Translations under genes and position numbers: made by a program | Origin: Octopus vulgaris | Lineage: Eukaryota | DNA: 64,000 nt | Direction: 5' to 3' | Assembly: GCA_951406725.2 (NCBI GenBank) | Contig: OX597824.1 | Span: forward strand, 65,782,001-65,846,000 | The notes under the pieces: model-generated | The model's input: only the letters and a program-made list of their open reading frames with translations | Told to the model about the DNA's origin: nothing | Databases searched by the model: none | Shown here: piece after piece, positions 26,841 through 40,339 of the stretch | How positions within the stretch are numbered: position 1 is the first letter of the stretch | Layout of the letters: every line of letters begins with the position of its first letter

Positions 26841-27110
26841 TTATCTATTTCTGTCCTTTTAGTTCCATAGCTTCTGGGTTGTAAAGGTTACTATTATTCG
26901 TAATTATTCACTGTTCATTACATTACACTGAGTACCTACTGGTGGTATTACTTAATGGATATTGCTTTATTTAATTACTTTATATTGTTACTTTAATATG
27001 TTTTGTGTATTCTAAGATAATTTGCTGACTTTTGATCATAGACTGTCAGGAGATAGTTGTGGTAGTGCACAGTTACTGCATGTAAAACGGTTTCTTTTTC
27101 TATTTGGTAG

Positions 27111-27331
27111 GGAAGTATTAAAGGCTTACAATGCCCCCATGGACTACATCACTGTGGCTATTTTAATGTGGAACTTTGGGGTCATTGGAATGATTTGCAT
27201 TCACTGGAAGGGCCCATTGTTATTGCAGCAAGCCTACCTCCTGATGATTAGTGCTTTGATGGCACTTATTTTTATCAAATACTTACCTGATTGGACTACT
27301 TGGTCAGTGCTTGGAATTATGGTTTTCTGGG
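27111..27331 (+). CDS. PSEN: Presenilin exon 6 (TM4-TM6)
   Basis: tggtag|...|gtaagt, 221 nt. Encodes [43 protein letters not shown]...IMVFW. The first catalytic Asp codon is split across the following intron (G|AT). Confidence 0.98.
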
Positions 27332-28545
27332 GTAAGTATAAATCACTTGTTAGTCTTGATTGTTGACAATAGTTAGTGAACCTTCAAAAATTACCTTATA
27401 TGTAATACATTGCTTATCTTTGCAAGTATTTCCTTTTAGTGATATCTATGTTTCCTTCTCTCGTCTGCTGTCTGTGTTTGTAATTGTGTGAGATGTTAGG
27501 GTAACAACTTAGTAACACATTAGTACAGACAATGGTTGTATTTGTTTGAGCTAGAATACTATATTCTAATGAGGACACAACGATAATAGAAGCTATGTAA
27601 TGCCTACACTATAAAGGTGATACTGTATACCTGTAACGAGGAGTCTTGAAGCAACTGTAGAAACTATGGTCTATGGTCAGAAGTATACTGTTGTATGACC
27701 ATGAAGGCAGAGGATGTGTAGTAACTGGAGTGGAATTAACTTAATGTATGGTCTGTTTTATTGCTCGGTCTCATTTAAAAGATGAATTGAGTTCGAGCAG
27801 ATTAAGAAAAACAAGATTGGTGTGTGCTTGATTTGTCCTAATCATCTATAAGTTTCTCCTAAACTGGGAGTTCTGGATAAGTGGATGAGAAGTAGTATTA
27901 CTATGTTTAAATATGATGGCAAACTGGTCAACAGTATAAGATATTTAACTACCAACTCAAAGTTTTGTATCCATATCTCATGCATTTATTGCATCATTGG
28001 ACAAGGTGCAATTCTTCAGTTTTCATATTATCTAACTGTTGGAAATGCAACACATTTCTAGGTAAAATATCTACAATAATGAAGCCACTATTTAAAGAGA
28101 GATTTGTTTCAGAAATATGAGTTAAGCATCAGCTCCATTAATTGATTGTTCATCATTATCATCACCATCATTTATTCCCTATACTCTGGTGTAAGACAAG
28201 ACTGCAATGTTAACAGGTTGCCACACATCCTGTTAATATTCTGAAATATCATCACTTCTTCCCACATACCTCTACAATAAATGCCATTCACTGTTTGCAG
28301 ACATCACTTTTTTATCCAGCACTCATCCATGAAACAGTTAAAGTTTAATTGGAATTCATAGACAAAAGAGATGCTTCCACTGTCATGGTTTTAGAGTGGA
28401 AAGAGTTGAGTAAAGTGTTCACTAGGAATTTAAAAAGTAAAGCATAATGGGGAGGAAAAGCAAGTATATTGAGCTAAGGTGGAGATATCATTACATGTTG
28501 ATGTTTTTTATATCTATTTTGAAAGATGGTTAATATTTTTTTCAG

Positions 28546-28644
28546 ATTTAATTGCTGTACTTTGTCCTAAAGGTCCTCTACGTGTCTTAGTAGAGACAGC
28601 TCAGCACAGAAACGAAGATATTTTCCCAGCTTTGATATATTCCT
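28546..28644 (+). CDS. PSEN: Presenilin exon 7 (catalytic Asp 1 and TM6a)
   Basis: tttcag|...|gtaagt, 99 nt. Encodes (D)[32 protein letters not shown]. Confidence 0.98.
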
Positions 28645-29490
28645 GTAAGTGTGTTTCAAGTGTTTCTCTGTGTGTGTTCATTGTTTGATACTGGATCACC
28701 ACGTCTAATGCCCCCTTTGTTGTGCCAGGACACCTGCTTCTGTCTCTTTGTCACACTCTAACTTTCATCCTCTGACACAAATGCCCTACCCCTCTCATAA
28801 TTCCTTGTCTTGTGTGTTACTTGGTTACCTGGTGCCACATTAAAAGCATCCAGTTCACACTAACATGGTTGGCATCATGAAGGGCATCCAGCTGCAAAAA
28901 TCTTGCCAAAGCTAACTTCACTTGTGTTAATGCCACGTAAAAAGCACTGAGTCCACTCTGCAGAGTGGTTGGTGTTAGGAAGGGCATCCAGACACAGTAT
29001 TCTAGGGTAGATTTTCTACCTGGCCAGCTCCATCAACTGTCCTACCCATGTATGCATGAAAGATGGACATTAAATGATGATGAAGATATATATATATCTC
29101 ATTGTATTGTCCAGACTATCAGATGTTGCTATACACTGCTACTCACAGTGTATTGTTGTAGGTTTTGAATGATGCCACCCTGCTGGATAACTGGGCTGGC
29201 TAACATTCCCCCTGAATAGAACACCAGTCTGTCGCATTTGAGTGGACTGGAACAATATGGAATGAAGTGTTTTGCTCAAAAACACAATGTACTGCTAGTC
29301 TGGGAATTGAACCCACGATCTTGTGATTGTGAGTACAACTGATCCACAGTAACGTATCTTATATAAAAGTTACAGATAAACTCTTTCCTAAGTTGAATTT
29401 ATTTAAAATTATTACGCAATCAATATGTAAGGAATATAGTCACAAAAAACCTGAACTGTGTTTTTTCTAATGAATCTTTCACTATTTCAG

Positions 29491-29595
29491 CCACAATGGT
29501 ATGGCAGATTGTTACCATGGCAGATGAGTCACCTAAAAGAGATTCTGGTGCAAACAGTACTTCAACACTAGCTACAGATGTCCATTCTTCACCAG
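29491..29595 (+). CDS. PSEN: Presenilin exon 8 (endoproteolysis region, equivalent to human PSEN1 exon 9)
   Basis: tttcag|...|gtaatt, 105 nt. Encodes STMVWQIVTMADESPKRDSG..., compare human STMVWLVNMA. Confidence 0.93.
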
Positions 29596-29704
29596 GTAAT
29601 TTCTCTATTCTGTTTCCCTGCAGTTTCTTTTTCTGCTGTTTTCTTCCTTTCAATATTTCTATATGCATACAAATAATGATAATAATAACAATAATCCTTT
29701 CTTG

Positions 29705-30420
29705 TATAGGCACAAGGACTGAAATTTTGTGGGAAAGGCAAATTTGACCTCAGCATTTTTGTCTTGGTGTGATAACAATTATACTAGCTTGCTGCTTTTA
29801 ATAATACTAATAATAATAACAATGATAATAATGAATACTTCTTTTTAATTTTGGCACAAGGCCAAAAACTTGAGGAGAGGAGGAAAAAAGGCAAATTTGA
29901 AACACAGAATTAGAAATATTGCTAAGCATTTTTGTCTGGTGTGCTAACAATTCTATTAGCTTGCTGCTTCTAATAATAATAATGATAATAATAATAATAA
30001 TAAAAATAAATAAATGAATGAATACTTCTTTTTAATTTTGGCACAAGGCTAAAAATTTGAGGAGAGGAGGAATAAAGGCAAATTTGACCTCAGCAAAATT
30101 TGAAACACAGAATTAGTGTTGGATAGAAATACTGCTAAGCATTTTTGACCGGTGTGATAACAATTTTACTAGCTTGCTGCTTTTAATAATAATAATAATA
30201 ATAACAGCAACAATGATAATAATTAATTCTTTCATTGGCCACAAGGGCTGACAAAAATCAATTATCACATAAAGGGACAAAACAGGACAAAAGGTTACAA
30301 AGGGTTTTGTCCGTTTGTAAAATCGAGTAAAAAACAGTTTAAACAACGAAAGAGTATAACAATAATGAATACTTCTTTTTAATTTTGGCAAAGGAGAGGA
30401 GGAAATAATTACATTGATCC
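29705..30420 (+). repeat. Imperfect tandem amplification (~3 units of 150-220 bp) of a SINE fragment with (AAT)n
   Basis: Recurring blocks ggcacaagg...aggcaaatttga...aacaatt.ta.tagcttgctgc...gaatacttctttttaattttggca. Confidence 0.8.
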
Positions 30421-31567
30421 AGTATTCAACTGGTACTATTTTGTTAATCCTATATAATGAAAAGTAAAATTGATTTTGGTGGCATTGAACTCAGAACATA
30501 AATTAACTGGCAAATATCTGCCCATTATGTGTCTAATATATAATTGTGGTAAGGTGGTGAGCTGGCAGAAACATTAGCATGCTGGGCGAAATGCTTAGTG
30601 GTATTTCGTCTGCCATTACATTCTGAGTTCAATATTCCGCTGAGGTTGACTTTGCTTTTCATCTTTTTGTGGTCGATAAATTAAGTACCAGTTGCGCACT
30701 GTGGTTGATCTAATCAACTGCCCCCCCCCCCTCCAAAAATTTTGGGCCTTGTGCCTAGAATAGAAAAGAATATATAATTGTGGTGTTGTATCAAAGTAGG
30801 GAATTATCCAGGAGCTTTAAGCCAGAAAAATGACTGAGACAGTGTAACAACTGAATAAATAAATGAAATACTGAAATACTGTATTAATTCTGTGTTTACT
30901 CTGCTTTCAACTCATTCAGAGTTTAACTTATCTTTTACTTCTAAAGAATTTTAAAAAATCAGCACCCTGCCAATAAATCTACTGAAGTGATTTGCACTCT
31001 TCTCTTATAGCAATCATGGACAACCTGCAACCCAAGGGAGTTTCTGAATGGCATGCTAAACAAAAAAAATCAGCTTTTCTTTTTTTTTTGTAGTGTGACT
31101 TGCCTGAGGATGATCCATATCTCATGTGGCACGTGTCTTGATAAAGGTTGCCCATGCTTGCTTTATATAGTTGACACCTAGTACCACTGTAAAAAATTAT
31201 TTTTATATCAGAGCTCAAAATGCCTTGAGGTGTATTTGGAGTTCAAGCCTTACCATCATCAACTTTACATCTCATCTTTCTAGAGGCAGTAAATAAAGAA
31301 CCTACCAAACAGAGGGATCAGTTGTTCCCTTTCTCAAAAAAAACCTGTATAATTTTGTGACTATTTTAGAAGTTGTTACTTAGTTAAGGTTTAATTAATG
31401 GCATAGGAGATAAATTGATTCAGTTTTGGGGATCCAGATAACATCATTTTTTTATACTTTTTGAGATATTGTTGGCTTAATATATCTTATTCAGCACTAT
31501 GCACAGACATACATCTCTCTCTCTCACACACTCACACTCCTAATAATGATTCTGTTTACATTGTTAG

Positions 31568-31786
31568 CTACAAATGCTACATCTAACCCAGAAGCAGGAA
31601 CTAATATCTACCGTAATGATGTTGATGCTCACAACTTAACCAACAGTATTGATTCCCAAACAGCACGCCGAGCTATTGATGCCCTTGGCGAAATGGAGAA
31701 TGATCCAAATTCAGAAGCTAATAATCGCCCTCCTGCTGATAGAAACCGACGTTCCCAAGGCTCTGGAGAAGAAGAGGAAGAAGAAA
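31568..31786 (+). CDS. PSEN: Presenilin exon 9 (large cytosolic loop)
   Basis: tgttag|...|gtaagt, 219 nt, phase 1-1. Ends in GEEEEEE and joins RGVKLGLGD as in other presenilins. Confidence 0.9.
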
Positions 31787-33164
31787 GTAAGTGCTTTTTT
31801 TTTTGTGTGTGTAAGTATGCGTATATGTATGCAAGCGTGTTTGCTTTTTTGCTACTGAACTTAGATGAACTTTTAAATAGGCCTTATCAGGCCGATGATG
31901 AATTTGTTGGCTTGATTCCCTGAATGCCCACAAAAGACCATATGGCAGTAACTCCTTGAAAGACATGAAAGTGCTGTAAAAAAGCTAAATGGTGGTAAGT
32001 TGCCTAGGATGAATGATCTCTGCTGAGATCTTGACATGTGAGGTAAAAACTTGTGTTAAAACAGAAATGCAGTAAGAGGGTGTTAATTATTGTCATCACA
32101 GTTTGTGTTAATACCAATAAAATCTATATCTACTTAAGAAAACAGGTAATGATAATTTTTTCTTCTTTTTGTTTAAAAATGTTTTTTCGTAATTTTGCTG
32201 TAAAGGGATTGATAATAAACCAATATTTTCATGTAGAAACTTACTAAATTTTTTTTTAAAATTTATATTTATCACTCTCTCTCTATTATATGCTTCCCCC
32301 CTGACCAAATCTATGTTGGGTTGCTCACGAGTTGGAAGCAGCAACAATTTATTCATTTGGACACCGATAAAAAATTACTCAATGAATATTGTTTACCCTG
32401 AGGTGCTTCAAGATTGACAAATTTTCAGTTTGAAATTCTATTACAATTTGGATCTTTTAAAATAACATAGATATTTTGAAATAATTATGAGAAAAAAAAT
32501 TATCTTTATATTTATTGTTTACTAATCTGAATAAGAACTGCAGTAAATCTGGCAATGCCAGGTAATTCAGCTAGTTTATAATGTGTGTGTGAGACACTGA
32601 GAGACTGAGTGTGTTTACCATGATGTTTTTAAACATTCATGCTGACTGTAAAGAGAGGGACATTCAAACAAGGAGTGTCATTTGTTTGCAATCCTCAGAA
32701 AGCATGTCTAGGTTGTTTATATTTCAATAGACTTGTTCAGAAACAAGTGAGGGTTCCTGATAGGAAGGAAATTTGGCTCTTAAAAATATCTGCCCCAAGA
32801 AAGTTTCATCTGCCTCATGCAAGAACGGAAAAGTATATGTTGAAATGAAGGTGGTAGTGATGATAATAATGATTGTGTGTTGTGGAGGTCTGTACTCAGC
32901 TCTGCCAATATATGTGTAGGTGCATTGTTACCAACTCTCTTCTCCACTCACTTTCTCATCTTTTATGTCTTTTACTTTTCTGCTTTTCTGTTTGCTTTTC
33001 CATTTTTCTTTTCTTTCTTTATCACTTTTCCTGATCTCCTATCCTCTCTCTAGCAGCTGACTTTAATTTAATGTGTTGGCTATTTTGTATCTTTGTCCTT
33101 ATCTGTTTTTTTTTTATCTAAACTCTCCTCTATTTTTAATCATAAATGTTTTTCGTTTTTCTAG

Positions 33165-33277
33165 GAGGTGTAAAGTTGGGTCTTGGAGACTTTATATTCT
33201 ATGGTGTTCTAGTTGGTAAGGCTTCTTCCTATGGAGATTGGAACACAACACTGGCCTGTTTTGTAGCTATATTGATT
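33165..33277 (+). CDS. PSEN: Presenilin exon 10 (GLGD catalytic motif, TM7-TM8)
   Basis: ttctag|...|gtaagt. Encodes [38 protein letters not shown]. Confidence 0.98.
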
Positions 33278-33958
33278 GTAAGTATTAGAAATTAACATGT
33301 CATTTCATTTCTTTTTTCTCTGAATAAAAGCATTGACTTGAGGTTTCTAACAGGCCAGTCACTGATTGGAGATAGTGACAGTAGAGTGCCTGTACAACTC
33401 AGAATAAGTACCATAAAATATTTGGCTGCATGGATACAGAGTTTAGTTTGATACCATGTGATTTGACTTCTATCTCCTTGTGCAGTACTTTAGGCAAGTG
33501 TTTTCTATTGAGACCTTGAGCCAACCAATGCTTTTTCATTGAAATTTGTTGGTGGAAACTGTATGGAAGCCTATCATGTACATATATATCATTATCACAG
33601 TCATTCTTTTAGTGTCGACTTTTCCATGCTTGCATGGGTTGACTGCCCTTCCTCTCATCAATTCTCACCTATTTACAAGTAAAGTAACATGTCCAGACAT
33701 TTTGTGGAGCATTTACAATTATTACACGAACACATGGCAAGGAGACAGTAACACACACGTATATGTGTATACATACAACAGGCGTCTATCAGTTTCCATC
33801 TACCAAGTCCAGTCACAAGGCTTTGGTCAATCTAGGGCTATAGTAGAAAACACTTGCCCAAGGTGCCATACAGTGGGATTGAACCTGAAATTATGTGGTT
33901 GGGAAGCAAAATTTTTACCACCACTATGCCTGCACCTTGTACTTATAAATAAATATAT

Positions 33959-34177
33959 ATGATGGGGTGTTGGAAAGTTCCTGGTTTTCAGGGTTTCGCA
34001 AGAGGCCTGTTTGGAGGCCAAGCCTTCCAAGTTCTTTTACAGGGCTTAGATAAACTGAAGGCCTGCTGCAATAAGTGTGTAAATCTGAGTGGGGAATATG
34101 TTTAATGAAATCATAATTAACTGATCCTCTTGTATCTTCTTTTACTGAAAGTCAGGAACTTTTTGCACTCCCTTGTA
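33959..34177. mobile_element. mariner-like MITE in the last presenilin intron
   Basis: TIRs ggggtgttggaaagttcctggttttcag / ctgaaagtcaggaactttttgcactccc with TA-rich flanks. Confidence 0.7.
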
Positions 34178-34953
34178 TGTATTAGGGGCTTCTTTCAGTT
34201 TGTTAGCCAAATCTACTCCCAAGCCTATACATATATATAACACATTGCTCAACCTGTGTCTATGAAAGATGACTCTTGCAAAGGTGTTGCATAATGGTCA
34301 CAAGTGCTTTACTTTCTGTTTTCTTTTCCACCTGCAAATTTGTGCTTTGAATTTTCTTTTTTAAAATTTTGTCCATCAACATAGCTACATGTTGATAAGG
34401 GGGAAATGGCTTAAAATGGTTATTTAACATACTAGAAATAGCTGCCAGATTACATTCAAATTCTTTGTTAAATCAGACACTTTGTTTTCTCACTGCATAA
34501 ATATTTCTACAGTTGGAATTCATAAGGGTTTATGAGCATCTTAATGCTATGATTTCTTGCTAATGACTGAGCACAAAATTATAATTATAAAACATAGTCA
34601 GTAATGGTTGATGTTCTGTATGACCTTCAATATAACAAGTTATTCATCCAGTTAGAAATAGGAGTCAAATCTCTCTCAACTTCACACTCTACCATTTTAA
34701 AAATGGAAGTCTACAATAAAGATGCCCCAGATATTGTCTAAAATACGAATGTTGGACTAGACATGGCTGGATCACCTTTGATTATAGGTCTCATGAACTG
34801 AGAATGACTTAGGATCAAACTGCAACTTTTTCTCTATTGTTAAACTACTATATTCAAACTAATATTAGAAAATTTTTTTCATTGATTTATTATATATTTA
34901 TTATTGAAGTTCTAAAATATTAATATATATGTTATATTTACTTTTCTCTTCAG

Positions 34954-35109
34954 GGATTATGCTTCACTCTGCTTCTGTTGGCAATATTTCGAAAGGCTCT
35001 ACCTGCTTTGCCTATCTCAATTACATTTGGACTGATTTTCAATTTTGCCACCCGTGGCCTTGTACGACCATTCATGGATAACTTAGCAAGTGAACAGATG
35101 TATATATAA
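34954..35109 (+). CDS. PSEN: Presenilin last coding exon (PAL motif, TM9)
   Basis: cttcag| acceptor. Encodes [51 protein letters not shown] with TAA at 35107-35109. Confidence 0.98.
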   Translation, partial: GLCFTLLLLAIFRKALPALPISITFGLIFNFATRGLVRPFMDNLASEQMYI

Positions 35110-36140
35110 CCTTTGATGAAATGACTTTTATTGTCATTGTTAGCTATCCCAAGAAAGAATATCCTCGTCTACAGACAGCAATCATTGCCCTGTATATGTC
35201 TTTCATTACTGCTTTTGTTCTCAGACAATGGTTATTTTAACTTCCTCAGAGACACTTTTCTATCATAATCATCATCATCATCCTTATGTTTGACGACTGC
35301 TAAAATTTTGAAGAAAAGTTTTTTTTTGTTTTTATGCAAGATTTAAGATTATAGAAAATCATGAATGGACAGAATCAACATACCAAATGTTTATTTATCC
35401 TTGAATTCTAAGAGTCAGCTATATTTAAAGACATCCAAATACTGATATGGATGAAATTGGTTCTTTGACTGACCCTCCCATGCCCTTCCCATTCATATAA
35501 TATTTTGTATAGCCATTCCAGTAGTTTCTAGAGAAGGCAAAAGGAAAATGCCTTTATTCTCCAATCTCAATTCCTATATGTAAACACATTCATCATTGCT
35601 GACCCAATGTTATTCCACTAGTTAGCAAGGTTTCCTTCCCTCTAAGGGTGTTCAATACTCAAAACTGTTCTCCTTCCCCATCCCGCATGCATACACACTT
35701 CACTTCTTTGAACCTTTCTATGATACTCTCTTCCATCCATCTTGTATTTTCAGTGACACAAAACTCACCTATTATCAAGCTGTCTTTGTTATTCATTCTA
35801 TGGGAAAGGGAAAATATTAACATTTTTAACCTAACAGTATCTTTTTGTATCATAACATTGCATATTGACACATTACATATTTTCTCTAACCCTTCATTTA
35901 TAAAGTATACTCTTTTGTGTGTGTGTGTGTAGTAGTAGTAGTAGTAGTAGTAGTGGTTGCAGCGGTTCTCTAAGATGTTTTGTGAATTCAACATTTGTTG
36001 ATATATGAAATCAGTTTGCGTTAATTTAACTACTGTTTGGTATTTAAAATTTTTATTTAAACAAAAATTTTGTGTTTATTCAGTATATTTGTGTTTGTAT
36101 GTGTAGTATACTAAAAATATATGCATGTTAAATATATATA

Positions 36141-36425
36141 TGTTTGTATACATACATACAAATATATATATATATATATGTTTGTATGACACATATATAT
36201 GTTTGTATGACGTATATATATATATATGTTTGTATGACAGGTATATATATATATATATGTTTGTATGACATATATATATATGCTTGTATGACATATGTGT
36301 TTGTATGACATACATATATGTGTGTTTGTATGACATATATATATGTGTTTGTATGACATATATATATGTTTTTGTATGACATATATATGTGTTTGTATGA
36401 TATATATTTGTGTTTGTACGATACA
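36141..36425 (+). repeat. Compound minisatellite: TTGTATGAC core with variable (TA)/(TG) spacers
   Basis: Nine exact TTGTATGAC cores between 36182 and 36380, plus degenerate copies on both sides. Confidence 0.9.
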
Positions 36426-37398
36426 CATATATATATATGTATTTGTATACATATATATGTAAGTGTATATGTTTTTTATGTATTGTATGTTAAATGCACA
36501 CACACATTAAAAACAAAGAAAATGTTTTGAGAATTCTATTTATGAATAAAAGGAAGAAAATATATTTTTATCAAAATATGCTACCGGTTTCAATTGTTTA
36601 AGCTAACTTAGTAATGCTATAAGAGAAGGGAAAATAAATTGAATAAAATAAATATTTCATGATAATATATACACACACACACACACACCTTTGATTTATA
36701 TCTGTTATGCCATGGTAGTTTGGGTTAGATGTATATATTATCGAGACATTGTTTTACAGCTCAGTGCTCTTCTACTTACTAACATGTACCTGCTTTTCAA
36801 GTAAAGAACTCCTTATGTTTTTGAAGACATGAAAGTAGCAAACGATTTGTTTACTGCAGAAAATGACAGCATCAGTGATTTCAGAGAAGCACAAATATCA
36901 ACAAACCCACTGACACACCCTCATATGTGCACATGCATATGTATACACAATGGGCTTCTTTTAGCTTCCATCTACAAACTCCACTCACAAGACCTTGCTC
37001 AAATTGCTACACACTTGAACTCACAAGACACTTGCTCAAATTGCTACACAGTAGGACCAAACACAAAACCAGGTAGTTGGAAAGTAAACTTCATAACTAC
37101 ACAGCCATGCCTGATTCAAACATGCAATAGCACTTATTCATTAATACTCCAGACTCTGTCCTTCACAGTTCCTGTGAAGAAAGGAAACTGTAAACTTAAT
37201 CACACAGTCATGCTTGTGCCTCAAGCTATAATTGTTAAGGAGGGCATTCAGCTATAGAAATCATGCCAAAAGAGACAATGGAACCTGGTGCAGCCCCTGT
37301 CAAGCCATCCACTTATGCTAGCATGGAAAATGGCCGTTAAATGATGTGTATAAATATATATGTATATAATATATATGCATAAACATTATGGGTATATG

Positions 37399-37437
<39 letters not shown>

Positions 37438-38531
37438 TATAGGCACAGGTATGACTGTGTATTTAAGAAGTTTGTTTCCCAACTATGTGATTTTCATTCA
37501 TTATGTGGTACTCTCAGCAAGTGTTTTCTGCTTAGCTCCAAGCCAACCAAACCCTTGTGAATGTGTTTGCTTGAGAGAAACTGAAAGAAATTCATCATGT
37601 ATATCTATGTCTCTCTCATCATACAAGCAGTGCTTATTTTCAAACTTACATGGAAGCATGTTTAGCCATTGGAAACAGGTGAGGATTAGCAATAGGAAGG
37701 GCATATAGATTTAAAAAATTTGCCTCAATGAATTCCATTTAACTCATGCAAGCATGATATATGCTCAATATACACAGACATACACATGTATATCATCATC
37801 ATTGTTTCATGTCCACTTTTCTTTGCTTACATGGGCTAGATAATTTGTTCAAGTAGATTTTCTACTTTCCTGTCACCAACCCTCACTAGTTTCTAATGAA
37901 GGTAATATTTTCCTATGGTCAGATATGGTATTCATGAAAGACTTGGAAATGAACATCATTTGTATGATGATAATGCTCATTTGCAATCATCATATGATGC
38001 AAGATGTGAGTATGCACTGGCCCCACACAGATTATATTTATATATATATATATAATGGGCCTCTTGCTATAGCAGAAGATACTTTGCACAAGGCACTGCA
38101 TCTAAGACCACATGGTTGGGAAACAAGTTTCTTACCCATAATATATATGTGTATGTATCATTGTTTTAACATTTGCTTTTCCATGCATGCTTGGGTAGGA
38201 TGGAGTTTATTGAGGCAGATACTCTATGGTCAGACACTCTTCTTGCAGCCAACCCTAATCTGTTACCAAGGAAACTAGTATTTCCTCATGGTCATGTTTA
38301 CACAGAGCATTGGAAATGCATGACACTCCTTGTCTGACAGTGACACTCATTTACAGTCACACATACACAACAGGCTTCTTTCAATTTCTGCCTACCAAAT
38401 TCACTCACCTAAGGTGCCATGCAGTGGGACAGGACCCTATGTGGTTGGGAAGCCTTGCTTGCACCTGCACGTATATACAACCACTGAATATATGTATATA
38501 GATGCCAAATATGTGCTTGTGTGTGTCTATG

Positions 38532-38564
<33 letters not shown>

Positions 38565-40339
38565 GTGGCAAATGTATATAAAGATTACATACATGCTAAA
38601 TATATAAATTCTGAATATACATGTGTTTATATATGTATGCGTGCATATATATAAATTTATATATACATATGTATATATAGATATGTATGCATCTATATAT
38701 ATATGTGTGTGTGTGTGTATATATTTCAATTATTTTTTTATAAAGCAAACCCACCCACCTGAACCCCTTCCCCCCTAACTCCACAATACAAATTTCTTGT
38801 ATTGAAATGATCTAAATTAAAAGCTTTGTGTTAATTTATGTTCCAAACAAAATCTTAATGACAAAAGTTATTTTACTCAATTCTTCATTATTTAAAAAAT
38901 TCAAATAAAGGCAGTGTATTTCAACAGAAATACAGTAAGAGGGGTTAATCATTGTCATAACAGTTTCTGTGTTAATACCAATAAAATCTATATCTGCTTA
39001 AGAAAACAGGTCAAATGACAAATTTTTCTTTTTGTTTTTTTCACATTGCCATTGTTTAAAAATGTTTTTTTCATAATTTTGCTGTAAGGGATTGATAATA
39101 AACCAATATTTTCATGTAGAAACTTACTAAATTTTCTTTTCTTTTTTTTTAAATCTATATTTATCACTTTCAGTATTTGTATTGATATGTGTAGGTATGG
39201 TTTTGTGTAAGAAGTTTGTTTCCCAACCACATAAGCTCTGGTTCTGTTCCACTATGTGGAACTTAGGGCAAATGTCTCCTACTATAGCCTTGTTGACCGA
39301 AGCCCTGTCAGTGGATTTTGCCAACAGAAACTGAAAGTAGCCCATGTGTGTATGGCTATGTGGCAAGAAACTTGCTTCCTGACCACATGCTTTCAGGTTC
39401 AGTTCTACTGTGTGGCACTTTGGACAAGTGTATTCTATTATAGCTAAGGGCTGACCAAAGCCTTGAGAGTGGATTTGGTAGATGGAAACTGAAAGAGGCC
39501 TGTTGTATGTATGTATGTGTGTGTGTGTCCACCACCACTTGACAAGTGATGCTGGTATGTTTACACCTCTGTAACTTAGTGGTTCAGCAAAACATACCAG
39601 GCTTTAGAAATAAGAAAAGTACTGGGGTTAATTAATTTGATTAAAAATCCTCCAAGGCAGAGCCCCAGTGTAACTGTGGTCTAATGACTGAAACAAACAA
39701 AAGATATGTGTGTGTGTATGTATGTGTATTTTACTGTCTCTTTGACTTCATGTGATAATTATATCACCATCATGCAGTTGGTGTCCTTCATTTCCAGTCT
39801 TCTGTAAAAACATGTCAGGTCACAGGAAATATCTTACTTGGAAACAGACAAGAGCTGGTGATAGGAAGGATACCCAGCTGTAGAGAAGTTCCATCTGATA
39901 CCCAGGCAAGCATAAAGTGGACACTAAATAATGATGATATTACTGGAACCCGATAAAAAAAATTATGCCATAGTCTAAAGGTAAGTTCTTCACACATGGT
40001 CACAACATAAGCTCACTTCTCAGATGAGATCAATTCAAATGACTTACACTACTAATACCCACACGTAAATCATGTTTACTGATAGCTGAATCTGTTTCAT
40101 GGTCAGAACTACAGATAAAAGTTTTATCTAAACTCCTTGTCTCATATTGTTTTTCTTAGTGTGTGAAAAATGTGTATTTGTTCTATATATATTATGTAAA
40201 TGTTATTCACCTAACATGGTTCAAACAGCACTAAGAACTATTTTCTATATGCTTTTTTGCAAATGAAATGCTTGTTAATCTTAAAATGTTTTTGTTATGT
40301 CTCCTCTGCACATGCACACTACACCCACACATAGAAGAT

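Noticed and set aside
36141-36425. Repeat-spacer pattern resembling a CRISPR array
   Set aside because: The core is only ~9-13 nt, the spacers are TA/TG microsatellite rather than unique sequence, the context is eukaryotic and there are no cas genes.
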